Shown: positions 52,848 through 62,106 of the stretch, piece after piece
How the letters are laid out: every line of letters begins with the position of its first letter
Numbering within the stretch: position 1 is the first letter of the stretch
NCBI GenBank assembly: GCA_937898625.1
Contig: CALEJF010000040.1
Coordinates: 11,278-75,277 of the forward strand
Source: an uncultured Clostridia bacterium
GTDB lineage: Bacteria; Bacillota; Clostridia; Oscillospirales; Acutalibacteraceae
DNA length: 64,000 bases
Direction of reading: 5' to 3'
The notes under the pieces: model-generated
Seen by the model: the letters and a program-made list of their open reading frames with translations, nothing else
Database searches by the model: none
What the model was told of the DNA's origin: nothing
Made by a program: the position numbers and the translations under genes

Positions 52848-55454
52848 GTTCTTCGCTTTATCTATAAGTTCGTAGAGAAGTCCCATTGCTTCGATTGGGG
52901 TTAGGGTATTGATGTCAACTGTACGGAGTCTGTCCATAATGTATTCTCTTGAAGTTGATTCAAATGACATCTGGAACTGTGGCTCTTCTTTTTCTTCTGG
53001 GATGTCTGTAACCATTTTAGGTTTCATTAAGTCATTATCTTCAAGGGTTTTGAGGATTGCTTTTGCTCGTTTGATAACATTTTCGGGCACACCTGCAAGT
53101 TTGGCAACTTCGATACCATAGGAGCCGTCTGCACCGCCACGAACAATTCTTCGTAAAAATGTAATATCGTCACCACGTTTTTTTACTGCGATATTATAAT
53201 TCATAACACCGTCAACTGTACCCTCTAATTCTGACAATTCGTGATAATGAGTTGCAAAAAGTGTTTTTGCACCGATTTTCTTTTTATCGGCAATATACTC
53301 GACAACCGAACGAGCAATACTCATACCGTCAAAGGTTGAAGTACCGCGACCGATTTCGTCAAGGATAATAAGACTGTTTCTTGTTGCATATTTAAGAATT
53401 TCTGCAACCTCATTCATTTCAACCATAAAGGTTGACTGACCTGACGCCAAATCGTCGGACGCACCAACGCGGGTAAAAATACTGTCAACAATGCCGATAT
53501 CCGCTGATTTTGCAGGAACAAAGCAACCCATTTGTGCCATAATTGTTATAATTGCAATTTGTCGCATATATGTGGACTTACCTGCCATATTAGGACCTGT
53601 GATTACTGCCATTCGGTTTTCTTCACAGTCAAGCAAGGTGTCATTAGGCACGAACATTGTCTTTTTCTGTAAACTTTCTATTACAGGGTGACGACCTTCG
53701 CTAATACGGATAACGCCTTTATCGTTGATGTCAGGTCTTGTATAGTTATTCTTAACTGAAACTGTTGCAAATGAACAGAGAACATCTAAAAGTGCTATTG
53801 CGTGGGCAGTTCTTTGAGTTCTTAAATACTCCCCTGCAATCTTTTTACGAATTGAATTGAAAATCTCATATTCAAGACCTACAATTCTCTCCTGTGCACC
53901 TAAAACTTTAGTTTCAAGAGTTTTGAGTTCTTCTGTAATATATCGTTCACAGTTTGAAAGTGTTTGTTTTCTTATGTAAGTATCGGGAACAAGTTCTTTA
54001 TATGAATTAAGGACTTCAAAGTAATAACCGAAAACTTTGTTATAACCGATTTTAAGTTTTTTAATGCCTGTTTTTTCCTGCTCGTCCGCCTCAAGTTTTG
54101 CAAGGACGGATTTACCGCCATTTACAATGTCACGGAGTTCATCAAGTTCTTTATTGAAACCATCTTTAATCATTCCACCCTCACGGACTGAGAATGGTGC
54201 ATCATCCTTAATTGCAACCTCAATAAGTGAGCAGACATCGTCTAAAACATCAATTTCGTTGAAAATATATTTAAGTAAATTACAATTTGCTTCTTTAAGG
54301 TTTTCTTTGATTTCAGGTAATTTCTCGAGAGTTGTTTTAAGAGAAAGAAGTTCCTTTGCATTTGCTGTGTTATAGACGATACGGGTCATAAGTCTTTCCA
54401 TATCGTAAACACTGATTAAAAGCTCTGTTTCACTCTCACGAAGCTCTGTATTTTTATAAAGTTCATCAACTGCATTAAGTCGTTTTGAAATTTCTACGCA
54501 GTCGTAAAGTGGGCGTTCAATAAATGAACGGAGCATTCGCTTACCCATAGCAGTTTTTGTTTTGTCAAGCACCCAGAGAAGCGAGCCTTTTTTATCCCTA
54601 TCACGCATTGTTTCCAAAAGTTCAAGATTACGGATTGCAGAAATACCAAGATTCATAAGTTTTGCATCAGTATAGAAATTAATGTCCTTGATATTCTCTA
54701 AATCGCGCTTTTGTGTTGAACGAAGATAGGAAAGTGCAGCACCCAATGCACAGACAGCAGTATTTCTTTGATTAAGTGAAATTGTGCCTAAATCATTTGT
54801 ATTAAAATGCTCTTTGCACACATTTTCTGCGTTAGTAAAATCAAATTCCTCAATCAATAACTCAACAGACGCTTCAAGTTTTTTAGATATAAAATCAGCA
54901 AGAGAATTAAATGAAACTACCTCTTTATTAAGGATAATTTCAGTTGGATTATATCTGCCCATTTCATTTATAACTCTTTGCTCAATATTTTCAGAAAACT
55001 CTGTTAAATTGACCTCGCCTGTTGAAATATCGATAAAGCACATACCAACATTTCCGTTGGTTGCACAAACTGATGCGAGATAATTATTCTTTGATTCGTC
55101 AAGCATTGAACTTTCGATTACAGTACCCGGAGTAATGACACGGATAACATCGCGTTTTACAATACCTTTTGCTGTTGCAGGGTCTTCCATCTGCTCACAA
55201 ATTGCAACCTTATAGCCTTTAGACACAAGTTTTGCAATATAACCATCTGCACTATGGAATGGTACGCCACACATTGGTGCGCGCTCTTCTTCACCACAAT
55301 CACGACCTGTAAGTACAAGTTCAAGCTCTTTTGATGCAGTTTTTGCATCGTCAAAGAACATCTCGTAAAAGTCACCAAGACGGAACATCAATATGGTGTC
55401 TTCATAATTCTGTTTTATTTGAAAGTATTGTTGCATCATTGGAGAGAGTGCCAT
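52845..55454 (-). CDS. mutS: DNA mismatch repair protein MutS
   Basis: TPMMQQY, GDFYE, Walker A GPNMAGKST and the DEIGRGTST motif. 869 aa. Confidence 0.96.
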   Translation of the reverse strand: MALSPMMQQYFQIKQNYEDTILMFRLGDFYEMFFDDAKTASKELELVLTGRDCGEEERAPMCGVPFHSADGYIAKLVSKGYKVAICEQMEDPATAKGIVKRDVIRVITPGTVIESSMLDESKNNYLASVCATNGNVGMCFIDISTGEVNLTEFSENIEQRVINEMGRYNPTEIILNKEVVSFNSLADFISKKLEASVELLIEEFDFTNAENVCKEHFNTNDLGTISLNQRNTAVCALGAALSYLRSTQKRDLENIKDINFYTDAKLMNLGISAIRNLELLETMRDRDKKGSLLWVLDKTKTAMGKRMLRSFIERPLYDCVEISKRLNAVDELYKNTELRESETELLISVYDMERLMTRIVYNTANAKELLSLKTTLEKLPEIKENLKEANCNLLKYIFNEIDVLDDVCSLIEVAIKDDAPFSVREGGMIKDGFNKELDELRDIVNGGKSVLAKLEADEQEKTGIKKLKIGYNKVFGYYFEVLNSYKELVPDTYIRKQTLSNCERYITEELKTLETKVLGAQERIVGLEYEIFNSIRKKIAGEYLRTQRTAHAIALLDVLCSFATVSVKNNYTRPDINDKGVIRISEGRHPVIESLQKKTMFVPNDTLLDCEENRMAVITGPNMAGKSTYMRQIAIITIMAQMGCFVPAKSADIGIVDSIFTRVGASDDLASGQSTFMVEMNEVAEILKYATRNSLIILDEIGRGTSTFDGMSIARSVVEYIADKKKIGAKTLFATHYHELSELEGTVDGVMNYNIAVKKRGDDITFLRRIVRGGADGSYGIEVAKLAGVPENVIKRAKAILKTLEDNDLMKPKMVTDIPEEKEEPQFQMSFESTSREYIMDRLRTVDINTLTPIEAMGLLYELIDKAKN

Positions 55455-55486
55455 ATTTTTGATTCCTTCTTAGTTAATAATTTTTT

Positions 55487-55545
55487 GAGGGATGAATCCC
55501 TCCACCGCCTATGGCGATCCCCCTCCCTTTGACAAGGGAGGCAGG
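55487..55545. repeat. GC-rich triple-hairpin intergenic element
   Basis: GAGGGAT-GA-ATCCCTC; CGCC-TAT-GGCG(AT); CCTCCCTT-TGAC-AAGGGAGG. It is not followed by a T-run on the transcribed (minus) strand. Confidence 0.7.
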
Positions 55546-55563
55546 ACACATTATGTTAGTGAA

Positions 55564-55992
55564 TTAGTGTGAGCAACCTTCGTCGCCACAGTCACAATGA
55601 CAGCCTGAGCAGTCGCCACCACACTGATGTGCTTTAGGGTCACAAGTGTCAGGGTCATCACCGTTAACACACATAGCAAGGATACCTGTAAGGTAATTCA
55701 TAAGTTCGTCGATATCCTGTCTTGCTTTTTCATAAGCCTGCATATTTGGGTTCATCATAATTTCTGTGTAAACACCACGGAATTCTTCGTCATAAGCCTT
55801 CATCTTGCCTTCATCCGGTTCTTCCTTTGATGCTTCGTGCTGGTATGAAACCTGAATAAGCTGAATTTTGCTCATAAGCTCGTTGAGTGCTGTATCTTTT
55901 TCGTTAGCCTCAATTGCTTTCTGCATTGCAAGATATCTTTCGTCCTGCTGAATTGCTTTACCAAGTTCTCTTGTAAGTTTTTCAAGTGACAT
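55564..55992 (-). CDS. ricA: YmcA/RicA (YlbF/YmcA family) protein with Cys/His-rich C-terminal tail
   Basis: The helical YlbF/YmcA-like body and the position between miaB and mutS match B. subtilis ymcB-ymcA. The tail reads CVNGDDPDTCDPKAHQCGGDCSGCHCDCGDEGCSH. Confidence 0.7.
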   Translation of the reverse strand: MSLEKLTRELGKAIQQDERYLAMQKAIEANEKDTALNELMSKIQLIQVSYQHEASKEEPDEGKMKAYDEEFRGVYTEIMMNPNMQAYEKARQDIDELMNYLTGILAMCVNGDDPDTCDPKAHQCGGDCSGCHCDCGDEGCSH

Positions 55993-56028
55993 TTTGTTTT
56001 ACTCCTTTATTTTAACTTTTATTTTTTA

Positions 56029-57441
56029 TTATTTAATGAGTTCTCCACGAACAAGCCAATTTAACGGTTCTGTAACTTTTACGCGACAGAATTTGCCAAC
56101 TAAACTTTGGTCATCGCTTGGGAATTCAATAATAACATTTCCATCGGTACGACCTGCCAAATAGCCTTTAAGGGTTTTGCTCTCACCCTCACAAAGTACA
56201 CGGTAGGTTTTACCTTTCATTTCTGCGCTGTGATTTGCAGCAATACTCTCCTGCAAATCGCAGAGTTCTTTAAACCATTTATTCTTTTCTTCATAAGGTA
56301 CCGGATCATCCATTAAAGACGCTTTTGTGCCTTTTCTTGATGAGAAGATAAATGTGAAAAGTGAAGTGTATCCAACCTCTTTCACAAGTGACAATGTGTC
56401 GCAGAATTCCTCATAAGTTTCCCCAGGGAAACCAACGATTATATCACTTGTAAGGGAAAGTCCTTCGATTTTTTTCTTTGCATAATTTATGAGTTCAAGA
56501 TACTTTTCACGGGTATAACGACGATTCATTTCTTTAAGAATTCGGTTATTACCTGATTGCACGGGAAGATGAATATGCTTTGATGCTTTTTCACATTCTG
56601 CGATTGTGTCAATGAGTTCTTTTGTACAATCCTTTGGATGTGAGGTCATAAAACGGATTGTAAAGTCCCCTGGAATGTCATTTAACTGACGGATAAGCTT
56701 TGAGAAATTTATATCTTCATCCAAACCTTTTCCGTATGAATTGACATTCTGGCCAAGTAATGTAATGTCTTTATAACCCTCGGCAACTATCTGCTTAAAC
56801 TCGGAGATTATATCCGCTGATTTACGGCTTCTTTCCCTACCCCTTACATAAGGCACAACACAATAAGTGCAGAAATTATCGCAACCGTACATAATTGGCA
56901 ACCAAGCCTTTGCAGAGTTATCGCGAAGTGCAGGAATACCCTCTGCAACCTCATTAGTTTCCGTCATATCGGCAAAAAATCTTTTTCCACGAGTTAAATA
57001 TGCCTTAAATATTTCAGGTACTTTGTATTGATTATGAGTACCAAAAACAATATCAACGAAGGGATAACTTTTGAAAAGTTTTTCACGGATATGCTCCTGT
57101 TGCATCATACAACCACAAAGTGCGATTATGAGATTTGGATTTGACTGCTTTAATTTCTTAATAGCACCCACATTACCAAAAACTCTGTCCTCGGCGTGTT
57201 CACGGATTGCACAAGTGTTATATAGAATTAAATCAGCTTCTTCCTTTTCCTCGGTCATAGTATAACCCATTAATGAAAGAAGACCTTTTATTCTTTCACT
57301 ATCCGCTACATTTCCCTGACATCCGTATGTATGAACAAATGCCTTGGGACTTGTCCCGTGACGGTGAAGCAATAATTCACTTACCTCACCTGCAATATTC
57401 TTTTGTAACTTAATTTGTTCTTCGCTTACAAAATTAGCCAA
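56029..57441 (-). CDS. miaB: tRNA-2-methylthio-N6-dimethylallyladenosine synthase
   Basis: UPF0004 domain (HTYGCQGN), radical-SAM CDNFCTYC, and a TRAM C-terminus. Confidence 0.93.
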   Translation of the reverse strand: MANFVSEEQIKLQKNIAGEVSELLLHRHGTSPKAFVHTYGCQGNVADSERIKGLLSLMGYTMTEEKEEADLILYNTCAIREHAEDRVFGNVGAIKKLKQSNPNLIIALCGCMMQQEHIREKLFKSYPFVDIVFGTHNQYKVPEIFKAYLTRGKRFFADMTETNEVAEGIPALRDNSAKAWLPIMYGCDNFCTYCVVPYVRGRERSRKSADIISEFKQIVAEGYKDITLLGQNVNSYGKGLDEDINFSKLIRQLNDIPGDFTIRFMTSHPKDCTKELIDTIAECEKASKHIHLPVQSGNNRILKEMNRRYTREKYLELINYAKKKIEGLSLTSDIIVGFPGETYEEFCDTLSLVKEVGYTSLFTFIFSSRKGTKASLMDDPVPYEEKNKWFKELCDLQESIAANHSAEMKGKTYRVLCEGESKTLKGYLAGRTDGNVIIEFPSDDQSLVGKFCRVKVTEPLNWLVRGELIK

Positions 57442-57443
57442 TT

Positions 57444-58385
57444 TTAAACTTCCTTTGTGTAAAGAGATAATAAGAAATTAAGTACATCGTTATATACTAC
57501 ATCTCTGTCTGTTTCGTTAAGAATTTCGTGTCTCATTCCGGGATAGAGAATAGTTGTAGGTTCAATTCCTGCACCTGCAAGACTGTCGGCAACTGCTAAA
57601 ACACCTTTACCGTTCATACCAACAGGGTCGTTAGCGCCTGAAATAATCATAACAGGTAATTCCTTTGGCATTCTGAATGCCCAGTCAGAATCTGTAGCTT
57701 CGCGCATAATATTATAAATATCACGATATCCTGCGAGAGTATATGTAAATCCGCAGAATTCATCATTTGAGTATCTGAGTCTGTTATCTGCATTTTCAGA
57801 AAGCCATGCAAGAGTGTTTTCTTTATCAGTACCCATCATTGAGAAGCCTTTATTCATAATCTCGGCGATTTTGTCAACTCTTCTCATAAGACCATATTTG
57901 CTTACAAGCATATCAATAAGGTCAACACCTGCATTGATAAGGTCGGGCATATCGCCTGTACCACAAAGAATTACGCCGTCAAGCTCGTAACCAAAATGAA
58001 CAGAGTAAATTCTTGCGCAGAATGAACCCATTGAATGTCCGAAAAGGAAATATGGAATATCAGGATTTCTCTTTTTCATAATTTTTGTGAGAATGTGCAT
58101 ATCGTCAACAAGGCGCTTGTCACCGTTATAATCTCCCATATAACCAATCTGATAACGGTCGTCAATGCTCTTACCGTGACCCAAATGGTCATTACCACAG
58201 ACAACAAATCCGTTAGATGCTAAAAAGCGTGCAAACTCATCATATCTCTCAATATGTTCAGCCATTCCGTGGGCTAACTGAACAATACCGATAGGTGTCA
58301 ATTCATCGTCTTCCCAGATAAGAGTTCTGATTTTATTTGAGCCGTTTGATGAATTAAAATATGCCTCTTTTTTTACCAATGCCAT
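57444..58385 (-). CDS. Alpha/beta hydrolase (lysophospholipase/monoacylglycerol lipase-like)
   Basis: HGMAEH, the GHSMGS nucleophile elbow, and a C-terminal H. Start at MALVKKEAYF after GGAGGG. Confidence 0.8.
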   Translation of the reverse strand: MALVKKEAYFNSSNGSNKIRTLIWEDDELTPIGIVQLAHGMAEHIERYDEFARFLASNGFVVCGNDHLGHGKSIDDRYQIGYMGDYNGDKRLVDDMHILTKIMKKRNPDIPYFLFGHSMGSFCARIYSVHFGYELDGVILCGTGDMPDLINAGVDLIDMLVSKYGLMRRVDKIAEIMNKGFSMMGTDKENTLAWLSENADNRLRYSNDEFCGFTYTLAGYRDIYNIMREATDSDWAFRMPKELPVMIISGANDPVGMNGKGVLAVADSLAGAGIEPTTILYPGMRHEILNETDRDVVYNDVLNFLLSLYTKEV

Positions 58386-58680
58386 AAAATTCCCTCCAAA
58401 TTGCAGACTACTGCATACTAATGGTTTTATTGTACCATAAAAGAGGTTTTTTGTCATTAAAAAAATATAAAAAATTTGATTTTTTTAATTTTGTAAGCTT
58501 TACTATTTCTTCTTGCGATTTTAGTTTATTTTTATCTAATATAGTTAAACTTTTTCCCTAATTCTACCTGTTTTTACCTTATTTGATATGCATTTTTCAT
58601 AAATTATGGTATCAACTTAATTTGCAAATAATTTTCATTTGTGATAATATTATGAAAACAAAAAATAAGGAGTGAAAACC

Positions 58681-59004
58681 ATGACATACGAACAGGTTGT
58701 AGCAAAAGTTAAGGCAAAATTTCAAGATGCAGACGCAAGTGCTATTGACGGTGTTATTGCATTACAGATTAACCTTGAAGGCAAAAATGTAAACGGCATT
58801 TTTTACATTGAAGTTAAAGACCACAATGTAAATGTTGAGCCTTATGAATACTATGACAGACACGCTATTGTTACAGTAAACCCAACTAACCTTATGAAAC
58901 TTCTTGAGGGCAAACTTGACCCAATTGAAGCATACAACAAGGGTAAGGTTGTAGTCCAAGGTGACGCAGGCACTGTGCTTACAGTAATTAATCTTGTGAA
59001 ATAA
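58681..59004 (+). CDS. SCP2 sterol-binding-domain protein
   Basis: 107 aa. The pattern ...LEGKLDPIEAYNKGKVVVQGD is typical of the SCP2 C-terminus. ATG lies 8 nt after AAGGAG. Confidence 0.7.
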   Translation: MTYEQVVAKVKAKFQDADASAIDGVIALQINLEGKNVNGIFYIEVKDHNVNVEPYEYYDRHAIVTVNPTNLMKLLEGKLDPIEAYNKGKVVVQGDAGTVLTVINLVK

Positions 59005-59023
59005 GGCTTAAAGGCATTACAAA

Positions 59024-59067
59024 AAAAAGAGAGAAGGCTCGGACAATAAACGAGTCTTCTCTTTTCT
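59024..59067. terminator. Bidirectional terminator between the SCP2 gene and the kinase-paralog gene
   Basis: AAAAGAGAGAAGGCTCG-N9-CGAGTCTTCTCTTTT. Confidence 0.75.
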
Positions 59068-59084
59068 ATTTAGATTTAATTATG

Positions 59085-59948
59085 TTATTTACTGCATCTC
59101 TCGTTACTATACTCTGCGAGTCTTTCACTCATTTTGTTAATATATTCTTCAATTTGCGGGTCGGAGTTTAGATTCCTTATTGCTTCAAGGTGATATTGTG
59201 TATTGTCGGCATAAGACCTTAAATTATCATTCTGTTTTTCTATGATGCTGTAATATGTTTTTTCTGTTTCTGCTTTTTCCATTTCGCTTTTAAGCTTCAA
59301 AAGTTCATTTTCTTTTTTTACATTTGTCTGGTAATTTAAAAACAATAAAATCATTGGAACAAGAAGCATTAAATTTGAAACACTCAAAGCAATTTTACCT
59401 ATTTCACTTATTCCGCTTATTAAGCAAACATACCAGCATACAAGAGTTGATATAAGAATGGATATAGGATAAATGTAGAGAGTTGCAGGAATTTTAACCT
59501 TTCTATCTTTTACTACAAGTTTTGATAACATAATCGCACTTAAAAAATACATAGGTTTGCTTATTCCTGCAATTATAAATAATGCGGAATTATTTGCAAG
59601 ATAACTCTGTACTGGAGTATGCATAAGAGCTGTCACAACAAATTCAACGCCAAATTCCCAGAGCATTGAAATTCCGGCCAAAATTATAGAATACATAATA
59701 GCTTTTCCAAAACTGATACGAAAGCATATATAAGCAAGAGCAACATTCATAAGAGTAAAATATACTGCATTAAACCAAACAGTATTTCCACCCAACAAAT
59801 TCATAAAAAAAGCAGAAGCAAAAAGTGCAAGGCTTATCAATACGCAATATATTGTCTTAAATCTCTTTTCCCCAGCACGAGAAAAGAAAATATATGCTGC
59901 AATCATTTCAACAATATAAACAATAATTAAAACGATAATAAATGTCAT
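59085..59948 (-). CDS. Truncated paralog of the adjacent AgrC-type sensor kinase (membrane sensor + coiled-coil/DHp only; no ATPase domain)
   Basis: 287 aa, collinear with residues 1-285 of the upstream kinase (shared blocks WEF.VE, ETEKTYY, DPQIEEY.NK). The H-box IYAHDAKNHL is replaced by SYADNTQYHL. The ORF stops where the GHKL domain would begin. Confidence 0.75.
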   Translation of the reverse strand: MTFIIVLIIVYIVEMIAAYIFFSRAGEKRFKTIYCVLISLALFASAFFMNLLGGNTVWFNAVYFTLMNVALAYICFRISFGKAIMYSIILAGISMLWEFGVEFVVTALMHTPVQSYLANNSALFIIAGISKPMYFLSAIMLSKLVVKDRKVKIPATLYIYPISILISTLVCWYVCLISGISEIGKIALSVSNLMLLVPMILLFLNYQTNVKKENELLKLKSEMEKAETEKTYYSIIEKQNDNLRSYADNTQYHLEAIRNLNSDPQIEEYINKMSERLAEYSNERCSK

Positions 59949-59950
59949 AT

Positions 59951-61234
59951 TTATTTCCTTTCACTCATCATAACAGTTGCTGTGAAAACTTTATTTTCGC
60001 TATCGTATTCCCATTCATAATCACCATTATATTTTGCAAGTGTTTTTGCAACGCTTTTAAGCCCGATACCGTGAAGTTTCTTGTCAGATTTTGTTGTAAT
60101 CAACTTATTATTTGTTGATTTGGGTGCTGTATCACAACTGTTTGTGACAATCAAAACATCATAAGTATTTCTGTAATCTGTTGATAATGTGATTTCTCTT
60201 TTTTCTGACTTTTCAGCAGATTCAAGAGCATTGTCAAGAAGATTGCCGAGAATAGTTACAAGGTCGTAGTCCTCGACATATTCAAGATTTTTAAGTCTTG
60301 TATCAAAGATGAATTTAACATTTTTAATTGAACATTCTGTAACATATCTATTGATAATGACATCCAAAGAGTGGTTGCCACTACGACTGACCTTACTATA
60401 AGTTGCAAGGCTTTCTGTAATCTTATTAAGGTATTCCTCAATTTGTGGGTCAGTGTTTAAACTCCTGATGGCTGCAAGGTGATTTTTCGCATCATGAGCA
60501 TAAATTCTTAAATCCTGATTCTGTTTATCAAGAATATCATAATAAGTCTTTTCTGTTTCTACCTTGTCCATTTCATTTTTTAAACGGAAAAGTTCATTTT
60601 CTTTTTCAATATTTCGTTGATAAATAAGGAACAAAAGAGTTGTTGGCACAATAAGAATAAGGCTGGCTATTGCCAAAGCCATCTGCCCTGTTGCGTTAAC
60701 ACCGCAGTAGGCACAAACATAGCCGAAAATAACGAGAGAAAGCGTAAGTGCCAACGGATAGATCAAAAAGGAAATGGGTGTTTTAAAGCTACCACCCTTT
60801 ACAACAAACCTCGAAAGAATAAGCACGGTGATAAACAAAAGACTCTTACAAAGGGTTGCTATAAAAATACTTGTTGCACCGCCATAGACATAATCAACAA
60901 AGTTTTCCTTAAGTACAGACACTGAAAACAGTTCAACAACGAATTCCCACAATGTACCTATAGTTGTAAGTATTAAACCGTAAAACAAGGATTTTTTTAA
61001 ATTCATGGTAAAACAAAAATACGCAAAAAGGACATTTGCGAGAATATAGAAAATCAAATTGAGCCAAAGATTCTGGTTTCCGAGCATATTTAATATACAG
61101 GCAACTCCGAACAAGCCAATTCCTATTAAATAACAGGTTGACTGTTTAACCTTCTTTTCTGCAGTTGCTGAAAAGAAAATGTATGCTGAAATAAATTCAA
61201 TAACATATGCAATAATTATTCCTACTCTAAACAT
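59951..61234 (-). CDS. AgrC/HPK10-type sensor histidine kinase (6-7 TM sensor, HD..NHL H-box, GHKL ATPase)
   Basis: 427 aa. AHDAKNHL, N-box LGNLLDNALES, and G-box HGIGLKSV. Confidence 0.85.
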   Translation of the reverse strand: MFRVGIIIAYVIEFISAYIFFSATAEKKVKQSTCYLIGIGLFGVACILNMLGNQNLWLNLIFYILANVLFAYFCFTMNLKKSLFYGLILTTIGTLWEFVVELFSVSVLKENFVDYVYGGATSIFIATLCKSLLFITVLILSRFVVKGGSFKTPISFLIYPLALTLSLVIFGYVCAYCGVNATGQMALAIASLILIVPTTLLFLIYQRNIEKENELFRLKNEMDKVETEKTYYDILDKQNQDLRIYAHDAKNHLAAIRSLNTDPQIEEYLNKITESLATYSKVSRSGNHSLDVIINRYVTECSIKNVKFIFDTRLKNLEYVEDYDLVTILGNLLDNALESAEKSEKREITLSTDYRNTYDVLIVTNSCDTAPKSTNNKLITTKSDKKLHGIGLKSVAKTLAKYNGDYEWEYDSENKVFTATVMMSERK

Positions 61235-61240
61235 TACACA

Positions 61241-61939
61241 CTATCTCCTTTTCAAATATCTAAACCAGAATTTGTGAAAATCTGCTTGTTTTCTTGTTGC
61301 AACAGGTATCCTTACAGTTTCATTAAGATAAACTTCTCCATAACTGTATTTTGTAATGTAATGAAGATTTACCATAAATGATTTATGCACCTGATAAAAA
61401 AAGGTTGTGGGCAGTTTTTCGTTCCATTCTTCAATAGTTTCACGGACAATATATTCACCATCTTTAGTGTAAAGATGAGTTTTTCTATTTTCATTTTCTA
61501 TGTAAATAATATCGTCAATCAAGACTCTTTTGTGTTCTTTGTTGCTGTAAATAAACACATCAACATAAGCACCATCAATATATTCCATCGCCTTATCAAG
61601 GCTTGAATAAAGTCGTTTTGCATCAAAGGGCTTTTCAAAAAAACGGAAAACTCGCAAATCCATAGCTGTATCCTGATATTCATTAAATGCTGTAATGAAA
61701 AAGATTACAACCTTACTGTTGCGTTCCTTCAACTCATAAGCTATATCAATTCCATCATATTCAGGCATTTTTATATCAAGGAATACCAAATCATAAACAG
61801 TATCGCTATCTGTTATTTCATTTGGGTTGGTAGTAGCATCTATCTGGTATGCTATGCCTCGATTTGTCAAATATTCCTCAATGTATCTTTGCAATTCATT
61901 GACATATATGATTTCGTCATCGCAGATAAGAATTCGCAT
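61241..61939 (-). CDS. LytTR-family response regulator
   Basis: The receiver domain has DDE...FLDIKMP. The C-terminal LytTR domain has HKSFMVNL. Confidence 0.88.
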   Translation of the reverse strand: MRILICDDEIIYVNELQRYIEEYLTNRGIAYQIDATTNPNEITDSDTVYDLVFLDIKMPEYDGIDIAYELKERNSKVVIFFITAFNEYQDTAMDLRVFRFFEKPFDAKRLYSSLDKAMEYIDGAYVDVFIYSNKEHKRVLIDDIIYIENENRKTHLYTKDGEYIVRETIEEWNEKLPTTFFYQVHKSFMVNLHYITKYSYGEVYLNETVRIPVATRKQADFHKFWFRYLKRR

Positions 61940-61975
61940 AATAATCCCCCTTTTTACACCTTATTTCTCAATATA

Positions 61976-62004
61976 ATTCTATCAAATTACACTTTCAATA
62001 GCAA
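61976..62004 (-). promoter_or_regulatory. Candidate promoter of the LytTR operon (TTGCTA-17 nt-TGaTAGAAT)
   Basis: On the minus strand, TTGCTA at 62004-61999 and TAGAAT at 61981-61976. Confidence 0.45.
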
Positions 62005-62017
62005 GGAAATTACAAAA

Positions 62018-62046
62018 TTGCAGAATTTTCCTGCATTTTTGCAGGA
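62018..62046. promoter_or_regulatory. Direct repeat TTGCAG(A/G)A x2 with 21-bp periodicity, a candidate LytTR binding site
   Basis: TTGCAGAA at 62018-62025 and TTGCAGGA at 62039-62046. They lie just upstream of the putative -35. Confidence 0.45.
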
Positions 62047-62074
62047 GATTGTTAAAAAGCTTTATAATATTATA

Positions 62075-62106
62075 AAAACTCCCGTACAAAAAGTACGAGA
62101 GTTTTT
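62075..62106. terminator. Terminator after the ROK-family gene
   Basis: ACTCCCGTAC-AAAAA-GTACGAGAGT flanked by A/T runs. Confidence 0.7.

Noticed and set aside
561-58457. Longer N-terminal extensions offered by the ORF track for many genes (for example 561-1172, 9362-10126, 20432-21568, 27066-28667, 38510-39067, 57444-58457)
   Set aside because: In each case an internal ATG, GTG or TTG lies 5-10 nt downstream of a clear GGAGG-type RBS and matches the conserved family N-terminus. The extensions overlap upstream genes or lack an RBS.
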